A stretch of DNA of 64,000 bases from Holophagales bacterium (GCA_038324335.1 JBBQHW010000001.1:24887-88886), one strand, 5' to 3'. Shown: positions 28,821 through 39,386, counted from the first letter of the stretch. Notes: a model not told the origin generated them from the letters alone. Program-made: numbers and translations.

Positions 28821-29450
28821 ATGGCTGAACCTATCGTCCCCCCTTCGCAGGCGGAACGCCTTGACCTGGAACGCCGCGCCTTCCTGGATCTGATCCGGAT
28901 GGCCAATACCCTGTCGGATCCGACCGGCATCGCCCGGCAGCTGGTGGTGGTGGCCCGGTACCTGTCCGACTGCGAAGCCGTCGCCATCCGCCTGAAGGCC
29001 AGCCCGGGTTACCCCTATGTGGCCAGCCTGGGATTTCCGGACCAGTTCCTGTCCAGTGAGGATGACCTCTGCGCCCGGGACGAGGCCGGACACCTTCTGC
29101 GGGACGAGCATCGCAAGCCCCTGTTGAGCTGCCTTTGTGGCCGGGTGCTGTTGGGCCAGGTGGATCGCAGCCAGCCCAGCTTCACGGACCGGGGCAGCTT
29201 CATCACCTCTTCCATCAGCGACCTGGTGGCTTCGCCGGCGGGCGCCCAGGGCCTTGGCCATTTTCCCAACCAATCTCATTTCAATGGCTATGAAACCGTG
29301 GGGCTCTTCCCCATCCGGCGGGACCAGGTGGTCTATGGCTTGATTCAGTGCAACGACCGGCGGCCGGGCCGCTTCACCGTGGAATCCATCGACCTCATGG
29401 AAAACCTGACCGTCAGTGCCGCCCATCTGTTCCAGCTGGCCATGGCCTAG
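28821..29450 (+). CDS. Stand-alone Cys-containing GAF domain protein
   Basis: GAF-type C-terminus GLFPIRRDQVVYGLIQCNDRRPGRFT; LC..., SCLCG; no output domain. Confidence 0.7.
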   Translation: MAEPIVPPSQAERLDLERRAFLDLIRMANTLSDPTGIARQLVVVARYLSDCEAVAIRLKASPGYPYVASLGFPDQFLSSEDDLCARDEAGHLLRDEHRKPLLSCLCGRVLLGQVDRSQPSFTDRGSFITSSISDLVASPAGAQGLGHFPNQSHFNGYETVGLFPIRRDQVVYGLIQCNDRRPGRFTVESIDLMENLTVSAAHLFQLAMA

Positions 29451-29533
29451 AAGCCTGCCGAAGGGTACCGAATTCATGACATCCCCCCGGGATGAAGATG
29501 AGGTTCTATGCAGACCTCACCCGGGATGTCCCC

Positions 29534-30382
29534 ATGCCCATGACCCCGCAGGAACTGATCCACAACCTCGGGGACCTGCCACCCTTGCCCCAGGTGGCCA
29601 CCCGGCTCATCCGGATCTCGGCGGATTCGGACACCTCCTCCGAGGAACTCCAGCGCCTGATCCGCACCGACCAGGCGCTGAGCGCGCAGGTACTGAAGGT
29701 CGCCAACTCCGCCATGTTCGGCCGGGTGCGGGAGGTTACCACCCTGACCCAGGCGATCCTGACCCTGGGCTTCTCCACCACGCGCAGCGTGGTGTTCGCC
29801 TCCAGCCTCAAGAACCTCTTCAGCCGGGGTCCCGTGGGCGTTCAGGAACGCATCCACTGGGAGCACGCCCTGGTGACCGCCATCACCGGCAGCGCGTTCA
29901 GCAAGGCCATGGGGTTCAGCTCCACGGAGGAGGTCTTCCTGGCCGGGCTCATGCACGACATCGGCAAGAATGTCCTGACCTTGAAGTTCCCCGAAGGTTA
30001 TAGCGCCCTGCTCCGGCGCGTCAGCGAGCAGGAGGAGGATGTCCTCGCCCTGGAACTGGATACCTTCGGCTTCGACCACGCCATGGTGGGGGAGGCCCTG
30101 CTCCGCTCCTGGAATCTCTCGGAGAGCATCGAGGCCGTGGTGCGCTGGCACCACGAGCCCCTGCGGGCGGCCCCGGAGTACCGCCGGCTGGTGGGTCTCG
30201 TGGCCCTGGGCAACCAGGTGGCCATCGACCTCCAGATCGGTTTCGGCATGCCGGACGCCCTCGCCGGTGCCACCTGGGAGGCCATGGACATCCTCGGCCT
30301 GGACGAAAGCACCTTCCTGGACCACCGTTCTGCGGCGCTGGAGGCCCTGGAACGCGACAAGGGGCTCATCACCGAGTTCTGA
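29534..30382 (+). CDS. HDOD domain protein
   Basis: LPPLP, DQALSAQVLKVANS, AILTLG, WEHA, AGLMHDIGK, DHAMVG..L..WNL, HHEP; start could be 29492-29540. Confidence 0.9.
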   Translation: MPMTPQELIHNLGDLPPLPQVATRLIRISADSDTSSEELQRLIRTDQALSAQVLKVANSAMFGRVREVTTLTQAILTLGFSTTRSVVFASSLKNLFSRGPVGVQERIHWEHALVTAITGSAFSKAMGFSSTEEVFLAGLMHDIGKNVLTLKFPEGYSALLRRVSEQEEDVLALELDTFGFDHAMVGEALLRSWNLSESIEAVVRWHHEPLRAAPEYRRLVGLVALGNQVAIDLQIGFGMPDALAGATWEAMDILGLDESTFLDHRSAALEALERDKGLITEF

Positions 30383-30402
30383 GGTTGGGCCCAATGAAAG
30401 AC

Positions 30403-30584
30403 CCACCACGGAGACACGGAACCCACAGGGATGGCACGGAGGCCTCTGTGCCCCTCCGTCATGGGCCGGCCGAAGGCCGCTTCCGGCACAGCCGGAAGCC
30501 ACAGGAGGCGCCAGGCCCGGAGCCTCTTAAGGGCATCCATGCCTGGCGCCTCCTGTGGGCCCATGCTCCGTGCCTCCGTGGTGG
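30403..30584. repeat. Nested palindromic intergenic element (CACGGAG family) between convergent genes
   Basis: Outer IR CCACCACGGAGACACGGA / TCCGTGCCTCCGTGGTGG; perfect 18-bp inner IR 30499-30516/30541-30558; extra small hairpins. Confidence 0.85.
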
Positions 30585-30610
30585 ATCCTTTAAATCGAAG
30601 TACGGTGGTA

Positions 30611-31747
30611 TCAGGCCAATCCCAAGCGCTTGAAGGTGCGCTTCTTCCCATCCTCCACCTCGGGCTGGTCGAAGGGATCCAGCCCCATGGCGAAGCCGAG
30701 TATTCCGGTGATGGCCTGCCAGGCCATCATGAAGGCGCCCACTTCCTGCTCGCTGAGGACCGGCATGGACCAGCGTAGAACGGGCACACCGGCGGCTTCC
30801 AGGGCCTCGGAAGTGCCTTCCGCCTGGGCCCGGAGGATGTCGGCGCCCTGGAGTCCCGCGAGGGCCGGATAGGGTGAGCCCGCAGGGGGATCCAGCCGTT
30901 CGGGTGCAGAGGCGCCATCCACCGTCACCACGATCACGCCGAGGTTGCGCGGGCCCGCCATCCAGCGTTGCAACTGGCTGTGCTGGTCCACGGGCCCCAC
31001 GGCGCGGATGGGCGTGAAGCCCTTGCGGGTGCCGTCCCTGGCCACCTTGCCCAGGGATTCCGCGATGAGCTGCACCCACCAGGCCGACAGGTTGTCGAGG
31101 TGCATGGCATAGGGCATGAGCACCCACTCGGTGATGCCCCGCAGGTGCGCGTCCAGCAGCAGCGCCACGGTGGCGGCGACGCGGTCGCGCCAGGGACCAG
31201 TGTCAGCGTCGAGCTGCGCGATGACCTCCCGGCCGCCCCTCAGAAAGGCCGACGAGTCCCGCCCCATCCAGGCCAGGGGCAGGGTGCCGATGGGCGTGAA
31301 TGCCGAAAACCGGCCACCCACCTCCACGGGGATCGGCAAGATGTGGCAGCCGTTGGCGCGACCCCAGGTGGCCAGCGGGTTCGCATCATCCTGGGTGATG
31401 AGGACCGGGCCAGCCAAGTCCTTGAAGCCCGGCAGGGAGCGCAAGCGGGCGATCCAGGTCCAGAGTTCCAGCGTCTTGCCGCTCTTGGAGGCGAAGGCCA
31501 GCTGATCGCCGGGCTGCAGGCGGAAGTCGGGCACCGGTTCCGGCGAGGCCAGGGGCACCCAGTTCCGGGTGGCCCGCTCGTTCCCGAAGGCCCGGATGAG
31601 GGTTTCCGAGGGCAGCAGCGAGCCGCCGATGCCGCACCAGAGCAGGCGTTTCGCGGGGTCGAGCGAGGGAAGATCGGGTTCGGCCACCTTCGTCCAGCCT
31701 CCGAAGGGGTGGGTCCCGATGGTGCGCCAGTGGGTGCGGATGTCCAT
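30611..31747 (-). CDS. pgi: Glucose-6-phosphate isomerase-like SIS protein (short form)
   Basis: GIGGS, SKSGKTLE, VGGRFS, QLIAESLGK, DQHSQLQ, PFDQPEVEDGK; start ATG 31747 just after glgA stop. Confidence 0.78.
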   Translation of the reverse strand: MDIRTHWRTIGTHPFGGWTKVAEPDLPSLDPAKRLLWCGIGGSLLPSETLIRAFGNERATRNWVPLASPEPVPDFRLQPGDQLAFASKSGKTLELWTWIARLRSLPGFKDLAGPVLITQDDANPLATWGRANGCHILPIPVEVGGRFSAFTPIGTLPLAWMGRDSSAFLRGGREVIAQLDADTGPWRDRVAATVALLLDAHLRGITEWVLMPYAMHLDNLSAWWVQLIAESLGKVARDGTRKGFTPIRAVGPVDQHSQLQRWMAGPRNLGVIVVTVDGASAPERLDPPAGSPYPALAGLQGADILRAQAEGTSEALEAAGVPVLRWSMPVLSEQEVGAFMMAWQAITGILGFAMGLDPFDQPEVEDGKKRTFKRLGLA

Positions 31748-31748
31748 G

Positions 31749-33182
31749 TCAGTGGCCCTTTGCAGGAATGGTCGCATAGAGGTCGAGATAGGCCCTGGCT
31801 GGACCCGCCCAGCCGAACTCTGCCAGCATGCCCCGGCGCTGGACCTGCCGCCAGGCGACGGGATCCTGGAACAGGGCCAGGGTGCGGTTGATGGCTTCGC
31901 CCAGCGCCCACCCGTTGGCCGCGTCGAACACGATTCCGGTGGCCGTGCCGTCGGCCAGGGTCTCCGGGCTGAGGCCCACGACGGTGTCGGCCAGTCCCCC
32001 CGTGCGCCGCACCAGGGGCAGGGCCCCGTAGGCCTGGGCATAGAGCTGCGTGAGGCCACAGGGCTCCTGGCGGGAGGGGATAAGCACCACGTCCGCCGCC
32101 GCGAAGGCGCGGTGGGCCAGGGCCTCGTCGTAGCCGATGAACACGGCCACCCGGCCGGGATGACGCTGGGCCACCTGGCGGAAGGCCGCCTCCGCGTGGA
32201 AATCCCCCGTGCCCAGCACCGCGAGCTGCGCACCCGAGGCCACCAGGTGATCCACGTTGTCCAACACGAGGTCGAGTCCCTTGAGCGGATCCAGCCGGGA
32301 CACCGCCACGAAGAGGGGCGCCGCCGCATCCTCCTGCAGGCCCAGCCGGCGCTGGAAATCCGGGCGGTTAGGTGCCCGGCGGGACGGATGCTTGAGGTCG
32401 TAGCGACTGGCAATGTGGGGATCCCGTGCGGGGTTCCACACCTCCCAATCCACGCCGTTGAGGATGCCGCTGAGGCTCTCGTGCCGGTGGGCCAGCAGCC
32501 CCTCCAGGCCATGCCCGCCCGCCTGCTGGATCTCGCGGGCGTAGGTAGGGCTCACGGTGCTGAGGCGATCCGCCAGTTGCAGGCCCGCCTTGAGGAAGCC
32601 GATGTCGCCGTGGAATTCGACGCCCTGGGGCGTGAAGGCATGGCGCGGCAGCTCCAGGTCATAGAGCAGCGAGGCCGGAAAACGCCCCTGGAAGGCGATG
32701 TTGTGGATGGTCATCACCGTGCCGGGCCGCGGTCCCTCGCCGTAGGTCACGTAGGCGGGCATGAGCCCCGTGGGCCAGTCGTGGCCGTGGAGGACCTGGG
32801 GGCGCCAACCCTGACCGTCCCCGGCGCGGCCCAGGTAGGCGGCCGCCCTGGCCAGGCCCGCGAAGCGGCGGGCGAGATCTTCTGGATGGCCGTAGGGACT
32901 CCCCGTCCGATCAAAAAAGGCCGGCTGGTCGAGCAGGTACAGGGGCAGCCCGGGGGCTTCGGCTCGCAGGATGCGGGCGGGGCCACCCCCCATGAGATTT
33001 GGAAAGGCGGCGACCTCGCCCTGGAGGTCCACCGCCGTGCGCAGGGCCGGGTAGGCCGGCAGCAGCATGCGGACGTCGGCACCGAGGGCCCGCAGGGCCC
33101 GGGGCAGCGCCGCCATCACATCGCCCAGGCCGCCAGTCTTCACATAGGGAAACAACTCAGAAGCAACGAACAGGATTTCCAA
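31749..33182 (-). CDS. glgA: Glycogen synthase
   Basis: KTGGLGDV, HGHDW, TIHNIAFQG, EPCGLTQL, TGGLADTV. Confidence 0.95.
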   Translation of the reverse strand: MEILFVASELFPYVKTGGLGDVMAALPRALRALGADVRMLLPAYPALRTAVDLQGEVAAFPNLMGGGPARILRAEAPGLPLYLLDQPAFFDRTGSPYGHPEDLARRFAGLARAAAYLGRAGDGQGWRPQVLHGHDWPTGLMPAYVTYGEGPRPGTVMTIHNIAFQGRFPASLLYDLELPRHAFTPQGVEFHGDIGFLKAGLQLADRLSTVSPTYAREIQQAGGHGLEGLLAHRHESLSGILNGVDWEVWNPARDPHIASRYDLKHPSRRAPNRPDFQRRLGLQEDAAAPLFVAVSRLDPLKGLDLVLDNVDHLVASGAQLAVLGTGDFHAEAAFRQVAQRHPGRVAVFIGYDEALAHRAFAAADVVLIPSRQEPCGLTQLYAQAYGALPLVRRTGGLADTVVGLSPETLADGTATGIVFDAANGWALGEAINRTLALFQDPVAWRQVQRRGMLAEFGWAGPARAYLDLYATIPAKGH

Positions 33183-33185
33183 AAT

Positions 33186-34451
33186 CTAGGGCTCCAGCTG
33201 ATCAATCATGCGCTGGGAGATGAGGGTGATGCCACTCTCGGTGCGATAGAAGCGGCGGGCGTCCTCCTCGGGATCCTCCCCCACCACCAACCCTTCGGGA
33301 ATGTGGCAATCCCGGGCCACGATGCAGCGGCGCAGCCGGGCGTGGCGGCCGATGTCACAGTCCGGCAGCACCATGACGCCATCCAGGCGGGCGTGGGAAT
33401 GGACGAAGACGCGGCTGGAGAGCAGGGAGTGGTGCACGTGGGCGCCGGAGATGACGCAGCCACCGGAGACCAGGCTGGAGAGGGCCACGCCATTGCGCAT
33501 CTCGCCCGCATGGACGAATTTCGCCGGGGGCAACTGCTCCTGGTGGGTGGTGATGGGCCAGGCTTCGTCGTAGAGGTTGAGGGCGGGCAGCACGTTGGTG
33601 AGGTCCATATTGGCCTCCCAGTAGGAATCCACGCTGCCCACGTCCCGCCAATAGGGTTCCGGGTGCCCGGCGTTGGGAATGCAGCTGCTTTCGAAGCGGT
33701 GCGCGAAGACCCGGGCCTCGCCCACGATCTTGGGGATTATGTCCTTGCCAAAATCGTGGCCAGAATTCGGATCCTCGGCATCGCGTAGGAGTTCCCGGTA
33801 GAGGAAGTCCGCGTTGAAGAGGTAGATGCCCATGGAGGCGAAGGCGTGGTCGGGTTTACCGGGAATCGCTGGCGGATCCTCCGGCTTCTCCACGAAGGAC
33901 ACGATGCGATCCGTGGCGTCCACCTGGGCGATACCGAAGCCCCGCGCTGCGTCCCGGGGCACTTCCAGACAGGCGATGGTCATGTCCGCCTGGTTCTCGA
34001 GGTGGTCCTTGAGGAACAGCTTGTAGTCCATGCGGTAGATGTGATCCCCGGCGAGGATCAGCACGTTCTTGGGTTTGGCCGACTGGATGTTGCTCAGGTT
34101 CTGGTAGACGGCATCCGCCGTGCCGCTGTACCACGCGTTCTTGTCGAAACTCTGCTGGGCCGGAAGCACGTGGACGTACTCGTTGAGCTTGCCCGCCAGG
34201 AAGGTCCAGCCGAACTGGAGGTGCTCCAGCAGACGATGCGAGTTGTACTGCGTAAGCACCATGATCCGGCGGAAGCCTGAATTCACGCAGTTCGACAGGG
34301 TGAAGTCGATGATGCGGTACTTGCCGCCGAAATCGAGGCCAGGCTTGGAGTACTGGTCAGTAAGGTCCATCAGGCGCTTGCCCCGCCCGCCCGCCATCAC
34401 CAGGGCGATGGTGTGCCGTGGAGACAGGCGCGGTTCCGCGATCGGTTGCAT
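33186..34451 (-). CDS. glgC: Glucose-1-phosphate adenylyltransferase
   Basis: AGGRGKRL, FGGKYRIIDF, GTADAVYQN, GDHIYRMDY, SMGIY, YWRDVG. Confidence 0.96.
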   Translation of the reverse strand: MQPIAEPRLSPRHTIALVMAGGRGKRLMDLTDQYSKPGLDFGGKYRIIDFTLSNCVNSGFRRIMVLTQYNSHRLLEHLQFGWTFLAGKLNEYVHVLPAQQSFDKNAWYSGTADAVYQNLSNIQSAKPKNVLILAGDHIYRMDYKLFLKDHLENQADMTIACLEVPRDAARGFGIAQVDATDRIVSFVEKPEDPPAIPGKPDHAFASMGIYLFNADFLYRELLRDAEDPNSGHDFGKDIIPKIVGEARVFAHRFESSCIPNAGHPEPYWRDVGSVDSYWEANMDLTNVLPALNLYDEAWPITTHQEQLPPAKFVHAGEMRNGVALSSLVSGGCVISGAHVHHSLLSSRVFVHSHARLDGVMVLPDCDIGRHARLRRCIVARDCHIPEGLVVGEDPEEDARRFYRTESGITLISQRMIDQLEP

Positions 34452-34506
34452 GGGCTTCCTCGGAGGAGTCTGAGTGAAATGATAGCCATGCCGAAGGCGG
34501 ATCTCC

Positions 34507-35187
34507 CTAGGGATGTGACCAACTTCCCGGCCGGCCATCCGCGCGCAGCGCCCCGGCCAATTCCGCCAGGAACTGGCTGCGCGCTACGATCTGGAACCCG
34601 TATCCCAGCAGCCCCTCGTGGGGTAGCTGGCCATCCAGCAGCGGGAAGCCCCAGGCCACCAACCGTTCCTCCAGGCCGGCGAGGGCCGCCCGGCTGGCCT
34701 CGGGCTCCAGGCTGAACATGCTCTCGCCGAAGAAGGCGCCGCCCAGCGCCACGCCGTACAGGCCTCCCCGCAATTCCCCGTCGCGCCAGGCCTCCACGCT
34801 GTGGGCGTGGCCCGCGCGGTGCAACGCGACATAGGCTGCCCCCATCTCCGCCGTGATCCAGGTGCCATCCTGGCCCGGGCGAGGCACCTTGGAGCAGTGC
34901 CCGATGACCGCCTCGAAGGCCGTGTCCAGGCGGATCTCGAAGGGGCGCTTTCGCAGGCTCCGGCGCGTGCGCGCCGCCAGATGCAGGTGGCCCGGCCGCA
35001 GCAGGGCCCGCTCGGGCGGCGACCACCACAGCAGCGGGTCGCCCTCGCCGTACCAGGGGAAGATGCCGCTGCGGTAAGCCAGCAGAAGTCGTTCCAGGCC
35101 CAGGTCGCCACCGATGGCCAGGAGGCCCTCCTCGGCCAGTTCCGGATCGGGAAAGAACAGCTTTTTCGTCAGCCGAAAGACAGGCAC
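34507..35187 (-). CDS. aat: Leucyl/phenylalanyl-tRNA-protein transferase
   Basis: GLLAIGGDL, AYRSGIFPW, WWSP, TWIT, AHSVE, GGLYG, FFGESMFS. Confidence 0.93.
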   Translation of the reverse strand: MPVFRLTKKLFFPDPELAEEGLLAIGGDLGLERLLLAYRSGIFPWYGEGDPLLWWSPPERALLRPGHLHLAARTRRSLRKRPFEIRLDTAFEAVIGHCSKVPRPGQDGTWITAEMGAAYVALHRAGHAHSVEAWRDGELRGGLYGVALGGAFFGESMFSLEPEASRAALAGLEERLVAWGFPLLDGQLPHEGLLGYGFQIVARSQFLAELAGALRADGRPGSWSHP

Positions 35188-37415
35188 AGCCGGCCGTCCT
35201 TGAGGTCCACGGTGGCCTGGCCCCCCTTCGCCAGGGGCCCGAACAGGAGGGCCTCCGCCAGGGGCCGCCGCAACTCGCGCTCGATGAGCCGCGCCATGGG
35301 CCGAGCGCCGAAGGCCGGGTCGTAGCCCTTTTCCGCCAGCCAGGCCCTGGCTTCGGGGGTGCAAGTGAGGGTGACGCCCTTCTCGGCCAGCTGGGTTTCC
35401 AGCTCCCGCAGGTGCTTGTCGGCCACGCGGATCATCTCCGGCCGGCCCAGGGGCGCGAACTGGAGGATGGCATCGAGCCGGTTGCGGAACTCGGGACTGA
35501 AGGCCTTCTCGATGGCGCCCTTGGCCGAGCGGCGCGCGCCAGCCTCGGCGAAACCCACCTGCCGGGCCGACAGCTCCCGGGCCCCCACGTTGGTGGTCAT
35601 GACGATCACTGTGTGGCGGAAGTCGGCGCTGCGGCCGTGGCTGTCCGTGAGGGACGCGTGGTCCAGCACCTGCAGCAGCACGCCGAAAAGATCAGGATGG
35701 GCCTTCTCCAGCTCGTCCAGCAGCAGCACCGCGTGGGGCTGCTTCCGGATGGCGTCCGTGAGCAGGCCGCCCTCCTCATAGCCCACGTAGCCCGGCGGCG
35801 CGCCGATGAGCCGGGCCACCGCGTGCTTCTCCTGGTACTCGCTCATGTCGAAGCGCAGGAAGGCGATGCCCAGGGCCTTGGCCAGCTGCTTGGACAGCTC
35901 TGTCTTGCCCACGCCCGTGGGCCCCGCGAAGAGGAAGCAGCCCATGGGTTTCAAGGGATCGCGCAGGCCCGACCGCGCCAGCTTGATGGCGCTGGCCACG
36001 GCCTCACAGGCCGGGTCCTGGCCGAAAATCTGCGCTTGAAGCTGCGCTTCGAGCGTTTGCAAGGACAGCCGGTCATCCGCGCTCACCGTGGCGGCGGGCA
36101 CCCGGGCCATGCGGGCGATGACGGCCTCGATCTCCGCCGGACCTACCTTCTTCGCGCGTTCTTTTTTCGGCAGCAGCTTCTGGGCGGCGCCGGCCTCGTC
36201 CACCACGTCCAGGGCGCTATCTGGCAATTTGCGTTCGGGCAAGTGCTTGGCGGCCAAGCGCACGGCGGCCTCCAGGCCCTCGGCCGAGTAGGTCACGCCG
36301 TGGTGCTTCTCGTAGGCCACCTGCAAACCCTGCAGCACGCCCAGGGCGTCCGCGGCGGAAGGCTCGTTCACCTCCACCACCTGGAAGCGCCGGGACAGGG
36401 CGCGATCGCGATCCAGGGAACCCTTCAGGTCCTGGAAGGTGGTGGCGCCGATGCAGCGGAGATCCCCCGAAGCCAAGGCGGGCTTCAGCAGATTGGCCGC
36501 GTCCATGGCGCCGCCGCCCGTGGCGCCCGCGCCCACGAGCGTGTGCAACTCGTCCACGAAGAGGATGGCGCCGGGCTGTTCCTCCAGGGCCTTCAGCACG
36601 GCCTTAAGGCGCTCCTCGAAGTCGCCCCGGTAGCGGCTCCCGGCCAGCAAGGCACCCAGATCCAGGGCGAAGATCCGTGCGCCCTTGAGGGGTTCCGGTA
36701 CCGTCCCCTCGTGGATGCGGCGGGCCAGCCCCTCCACGATGGCGGTCTTGCCCACGCCGGGCTCGCCCACTAGCAGGGGGTTGTTCTTGCGGCGGCGGCA
36801 GAGCACCTGGGCCATGCGGGTGAGCTCCGCCTCCCGGCCCACCAGCGGATCCAGCCGTCCCGCCGCCGCCCGGGCCACCAGGTCCGTGGCATAGGCTTCC
36901 AAGGGGTTCACGGCCACGGGGCCAGCCTCTTCCTCTTCAACGGCGGCCTTCTTCTTGGCCGGGACCTTGGTCGCGGCCGGGCCATGGCTCAGCACCTTCA
37001 GCAGAGCCAGCCGCTTGACGCCGTGCTGCTCCAGGAGCTGTCGCGCGTGACTGGCTTCTTCCTCCAGGAAGGCGGGCAGCAATTCGCCACCCTGGAGGGT
37101 CTTCTGGCCCGAGCTGAAGGCGTGGAGCAGGGCCCGCTCCACCACCCGGACGAAACCCAGGGTGCTGTGGGGCTGGAAGGCGATGCCCTCGGGCACGGCC
37201 TCGAAGACCTTCCCCAGCACCTCCTCTAGGTCGGTCCGGAGGGCCGCCAGCTTCACGCCGCAGCCTTTTAGGCTCCGGGCGGCGTGGGCGTCGTCCAGCA
37301 ACGCCAGCAGCAGGTGCTCCAGGGCCACATCCTCGTGGCGGCGGGCCTTGGCCAGGTCGAAGGCCCGCTGGAAGCCCTGGTTCAACTCGGCGCTGATTTC
37401 GGGAGAATCAGGCAT
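35169..37415 (-). CDS. clpA: ATP-dependent Clp protease ATP-binding subunit ClpA
   Basis: Two AAA+ modules GEPGVGKT and [15 protein letters not shown], no ClpB coiled coil; between clpS and aat. Confidence 0.95.
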   Translation of the reverse strand: MPDSPEISAELNQGFQRAFDLAKARRHEDVALEHLLLALLDDAHAARSLKGCGVKLAALRTDLEEVLGKVFEAVPEGIAFQPHSTLGFVRVVERALLHAFSSGQKTLQGGELLPAFLEEEASHARQLLEQHGVKRLALLKVLSHGPAATKVPAKKKAAVEEEEAGPVAVNPLEAYATDLVARAAAGRLDPLVGREAELTRMAQVLCRRRKNNPLLVGEPGVGKTAIVEGLARRIHEGTVPEPLKGARIFALDLGALLAGSRYRGDFEERLKAVLKALEEQPGAILFVDELHTLVGAGATGGGAMDAANLLKPALASGDLRCIGATTFQDLKGSLDRDRALSRRFQVVEVNEPSAADALGVLQGLQVAYEKHHGVTYSAEGLEAAVRLAAKHLPERKLPDSALDVVDEAGAAQKLLPKKERAKKVGPAEIEAVIARMARVPAATVSADDRLSLQTLEAQLQAQIFGQDPACEAVASAIKLARSGLRDPLKPMGCFLFAGPTGVGKTELSKQLAKALGIAFLRFDMSEYQEKHAVARLIGAPPGYVGYEEGGLLTDAIRKQPHAVLLLDELEKAHPDLFGVLLQVLDHASLTDSHGRSADFRHTVIVMTTNVGARELSARQVGFAEAGARRSAKGAIEKAFSPEFRNRLDAILQFAPLGRPEMIRVADKHLRELETQLAEKGVTLTCTPEARAWLAEKGYDPAFGARPMARLIERELRRPLAEALLFGPLAKGGQATVDLKDGRLCLSFG

Positions 37416-37725
37416 GGTCGGCCTCCACTGTCAGTAACAGCGGAAAGCCGTCCCGCTCCGCCAGCTGGCGGCCACGCTCGGCCCGGGTCTCCGCCACGTC
37501 GCGCGTGTAGGTGCCCGCCACGCCCACGCCGGCCTTGTGCACCGCCAGCATGATGGCCGTGGCCTCGATTTCGGATTTCCGGAAGACCGTCTTCAGCAGC
37601 CAGACCACGAACTCCTGGGTGGTGTAGTCGTCGTTGTGCAGCAGCACCTTCCACAGCCCAGGCTCGCGCACTTTCGCGCGCTTGCGGGTGAGGACCTGAC
37701 CGTCCTCCTTCGGCTGCCTGGCCAT
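37408..37725 (-). CDS. clpS: Clp protease adaptor ClpS
   Basis: VLLHNDDYTTQEFVV, MLAVH..G, FPL. Confidence 0.95.
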   Translation of the reverse strand: MARQPKEDGQVLTRKRAKVREPGLWKVLLHNDDYTTQEFVVWLLKTVFRKSEIEATAIMLAVHKAGVGVAGTYTRDVAETRAERGRQLAERDGFPLLLTVEADHA

Positions 37726-37782
37726 GGGGAACGCCTCCGGGGGACAAGGATAGCCCGGCGCTCCTCTCATCAACAGAGTCAG

Positions 37783-38973
37783 TCAATGCCCCTCTTCGGG
37801 ATGAACCAGGCAATCGATGGCCGCACCGACCAGGTAAAACGAACCAAAGTGGAGTCCATTTGCCCGCTGGAGACGAGCATTCTGATCAGCCGAAAGCACC
37901 AGTCCGGCCCGGTTCAGTTCATCGTTCGAGGGGCCCGAAAACTGGCTGTGGCCCTGGGGCAATGGGACAAAGAGTTTCCGATCCCCTGGCCAGGCTCGAT
38001 AGATTCGCCGGGCAACCTCAGGATCGCAGACCTGGTCGTAGCGTCCTTGCAATACGATGAGGGGAACCGCAGCTAGCCCTTTTGGAAACCGTTGCTTCAA
38101 TGCCCATTCGCCGCGTTGGCCGCGGCACATCATTTCGGATTCAATGTAGGCAAAACGAATGATTTCATTTGGCTCTGTCGCTAAGTCCACCGGCTTCCCT
38201 GCGGTATCCGCAACTGGCTCGATAGGCGGTTTGCGGGGAATCTGACCTTGACGACACTGGACAATTTCAGCTTTCGAGTAAGCCTGTGCCAAGGACTCCC
38301 CGCCGCGTCCCTCGCGGATGGCTTTGTGAAGATCGCAGGCGGTCCCTTTTCCGTTCGAGAAAGCCTGGAAAGCTGCGGAGAGTCCTGGCGCCCAGGAGCG
38401 GGGACCTGCGGCATCCATGTAATAGCGAACCTCTGCGGCTGAGTTGGTCCAGATCCCACCCACCACCACACCGCGAACCCACTCCGGATGCCGCTGGGCG
38501 AAGAGCAAAGCCATGGTCGATCCCCAACTCCAGCCGCACACGATCACAGGCCCGGTGACGTCCCGTTGTCGAAGGAAAGTGGCCGCGTCCTCCACGGTGT
38601 CCTCGGGCTTCCAGCCTGGGATCCATTCGGACTTCCCAGTGCCAGGCTGATCGATCTCGATGTGCCGATAGGCCTTCGGATTGACGAAGGTATCTGTGTC
38701 GGACTCTGGCGTAGCCTCTATGCCCGGTCCGCCTTGCCACCAAAGCACCACGGGTCCATGCGGGTCGCCAACGTCCCACCCACGGACGACCTGTCCATGT
38801 TTGCCCTTGAATGTGAAGGAGCAAGAAGGATCACTGGGGAGAGGTTTTGGGTCGCCTTCGAGTACAAATTGATCGTGTCGTGCCCAGAGTCTATGGAGAG
38901 TAGGCTGGGCATGGAGGCCGAGCCCCGGACCAAAACTCAGAATCAACAGGGACAACGTGATGGGTATGCGCAT
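37783..38973 (-). CDS. Exported alpha/beta hydrolase, prolyl aminopeptidase (S33)-like
   Basis: Signal peptide; QGGPG, DQPGTGKS, GWSWGS, QGRYD, QGH; lower GC than neighbours. Confidence 0.75.
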   Translation of the reverse strand: MRIPITLSLLILSFGPGLGLHAQPTLHRLWARHDQFVLEGDPKPLPSDPSCSFTFKGKHGQVVRGWDVGDPHGPVVLWWQGGPGIEATPESDTDTFVNPKAYRHIEIDQPGTGKSEWIPGWKPEDTVEDAATFLRQRDVTGPVIVCGWSWGSTMALLFAQRHPEWVRGVVVGGIWTNSAAEVRYYMDAAGPRSWAPGLSAAFQAFSNGKGTACDLHKAIREGRGGESLAQAYSKAEIVQCRQGQIPRKPPIEPVADTAGKPVDLATEPNEIIRFAYIESEMMCRGQRGEWALKQRFPKGLAAVPLIVLQGRYDQVCDPEVARRIYRAWPGDRKLFVPLPQGHSQFSGPSNDELNRAGLVLSADQNARLQRANGLHFGSFYLVGAAIDCLVHPEEGH

Positions 38974-39041
38974 CGATCAACCTGACTGAAGGATTTCGAT
39001 CACGGTAGCGCCTCAGGGCGGCCCTGTCGCGTCCGGCCGCC

Positions 39042-39386
39042 TCAGGGGCCGGGCACCATCAGGTTCACGAAGCCGCCCCGGGCCAGTTCCTGGAGGAACA
39101 GGGCCGTCCGGGTGGTGGTGTCTGCCTCCTTTGGAAAGGCCCGGCCCACCCCTTCGGCCACCTGGGCCACGGTGCGGACGCCATCGCAGGCCTGCCACAC
39201 GGCGGTGCCACGGGCATCGAGCTTCACCCGGTAGAGGGGTTTCTTCATCATCCGCAACAACCAGACCCAGCGCTTGGACAGGATCTTGGGACGGAGCAGG
39301 ACGACCTTGCCTTCCTCACCGGGTTCAGAGGCCAGGGCCTGGACCGGCACGGCAGCGAGGAAGGCTTCATCGGGGAAGGTGTTCAT
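39042..39386 (-). CDS. Stand-alone PqqD-family (RiPP recognition element-like) protein
   Basis: VKLDARGTAVWQACDGVRTVAQV...FLQELARGGFV pattern. Confidence 0.8.
   Translation of the reverse strand: MNTFPDEAFLAAVPVQALASEPGEEGKVVLLRPKILSKRWVWLLRMMKKPLYRVKLDARGTAVWQACDGVRTVAQVAEGVGRAFPKEADTTTRTALFLQELARGGFVNLMVPGP

Noticed and set aside
31748-32512. N-terminal extension of the 633-aa PGI-like ORF suggesting a fusion or frameshift with glgA
   Set aside because: The extension is an alternate frame of glgA; a normal ATG lies just after the glgA stop
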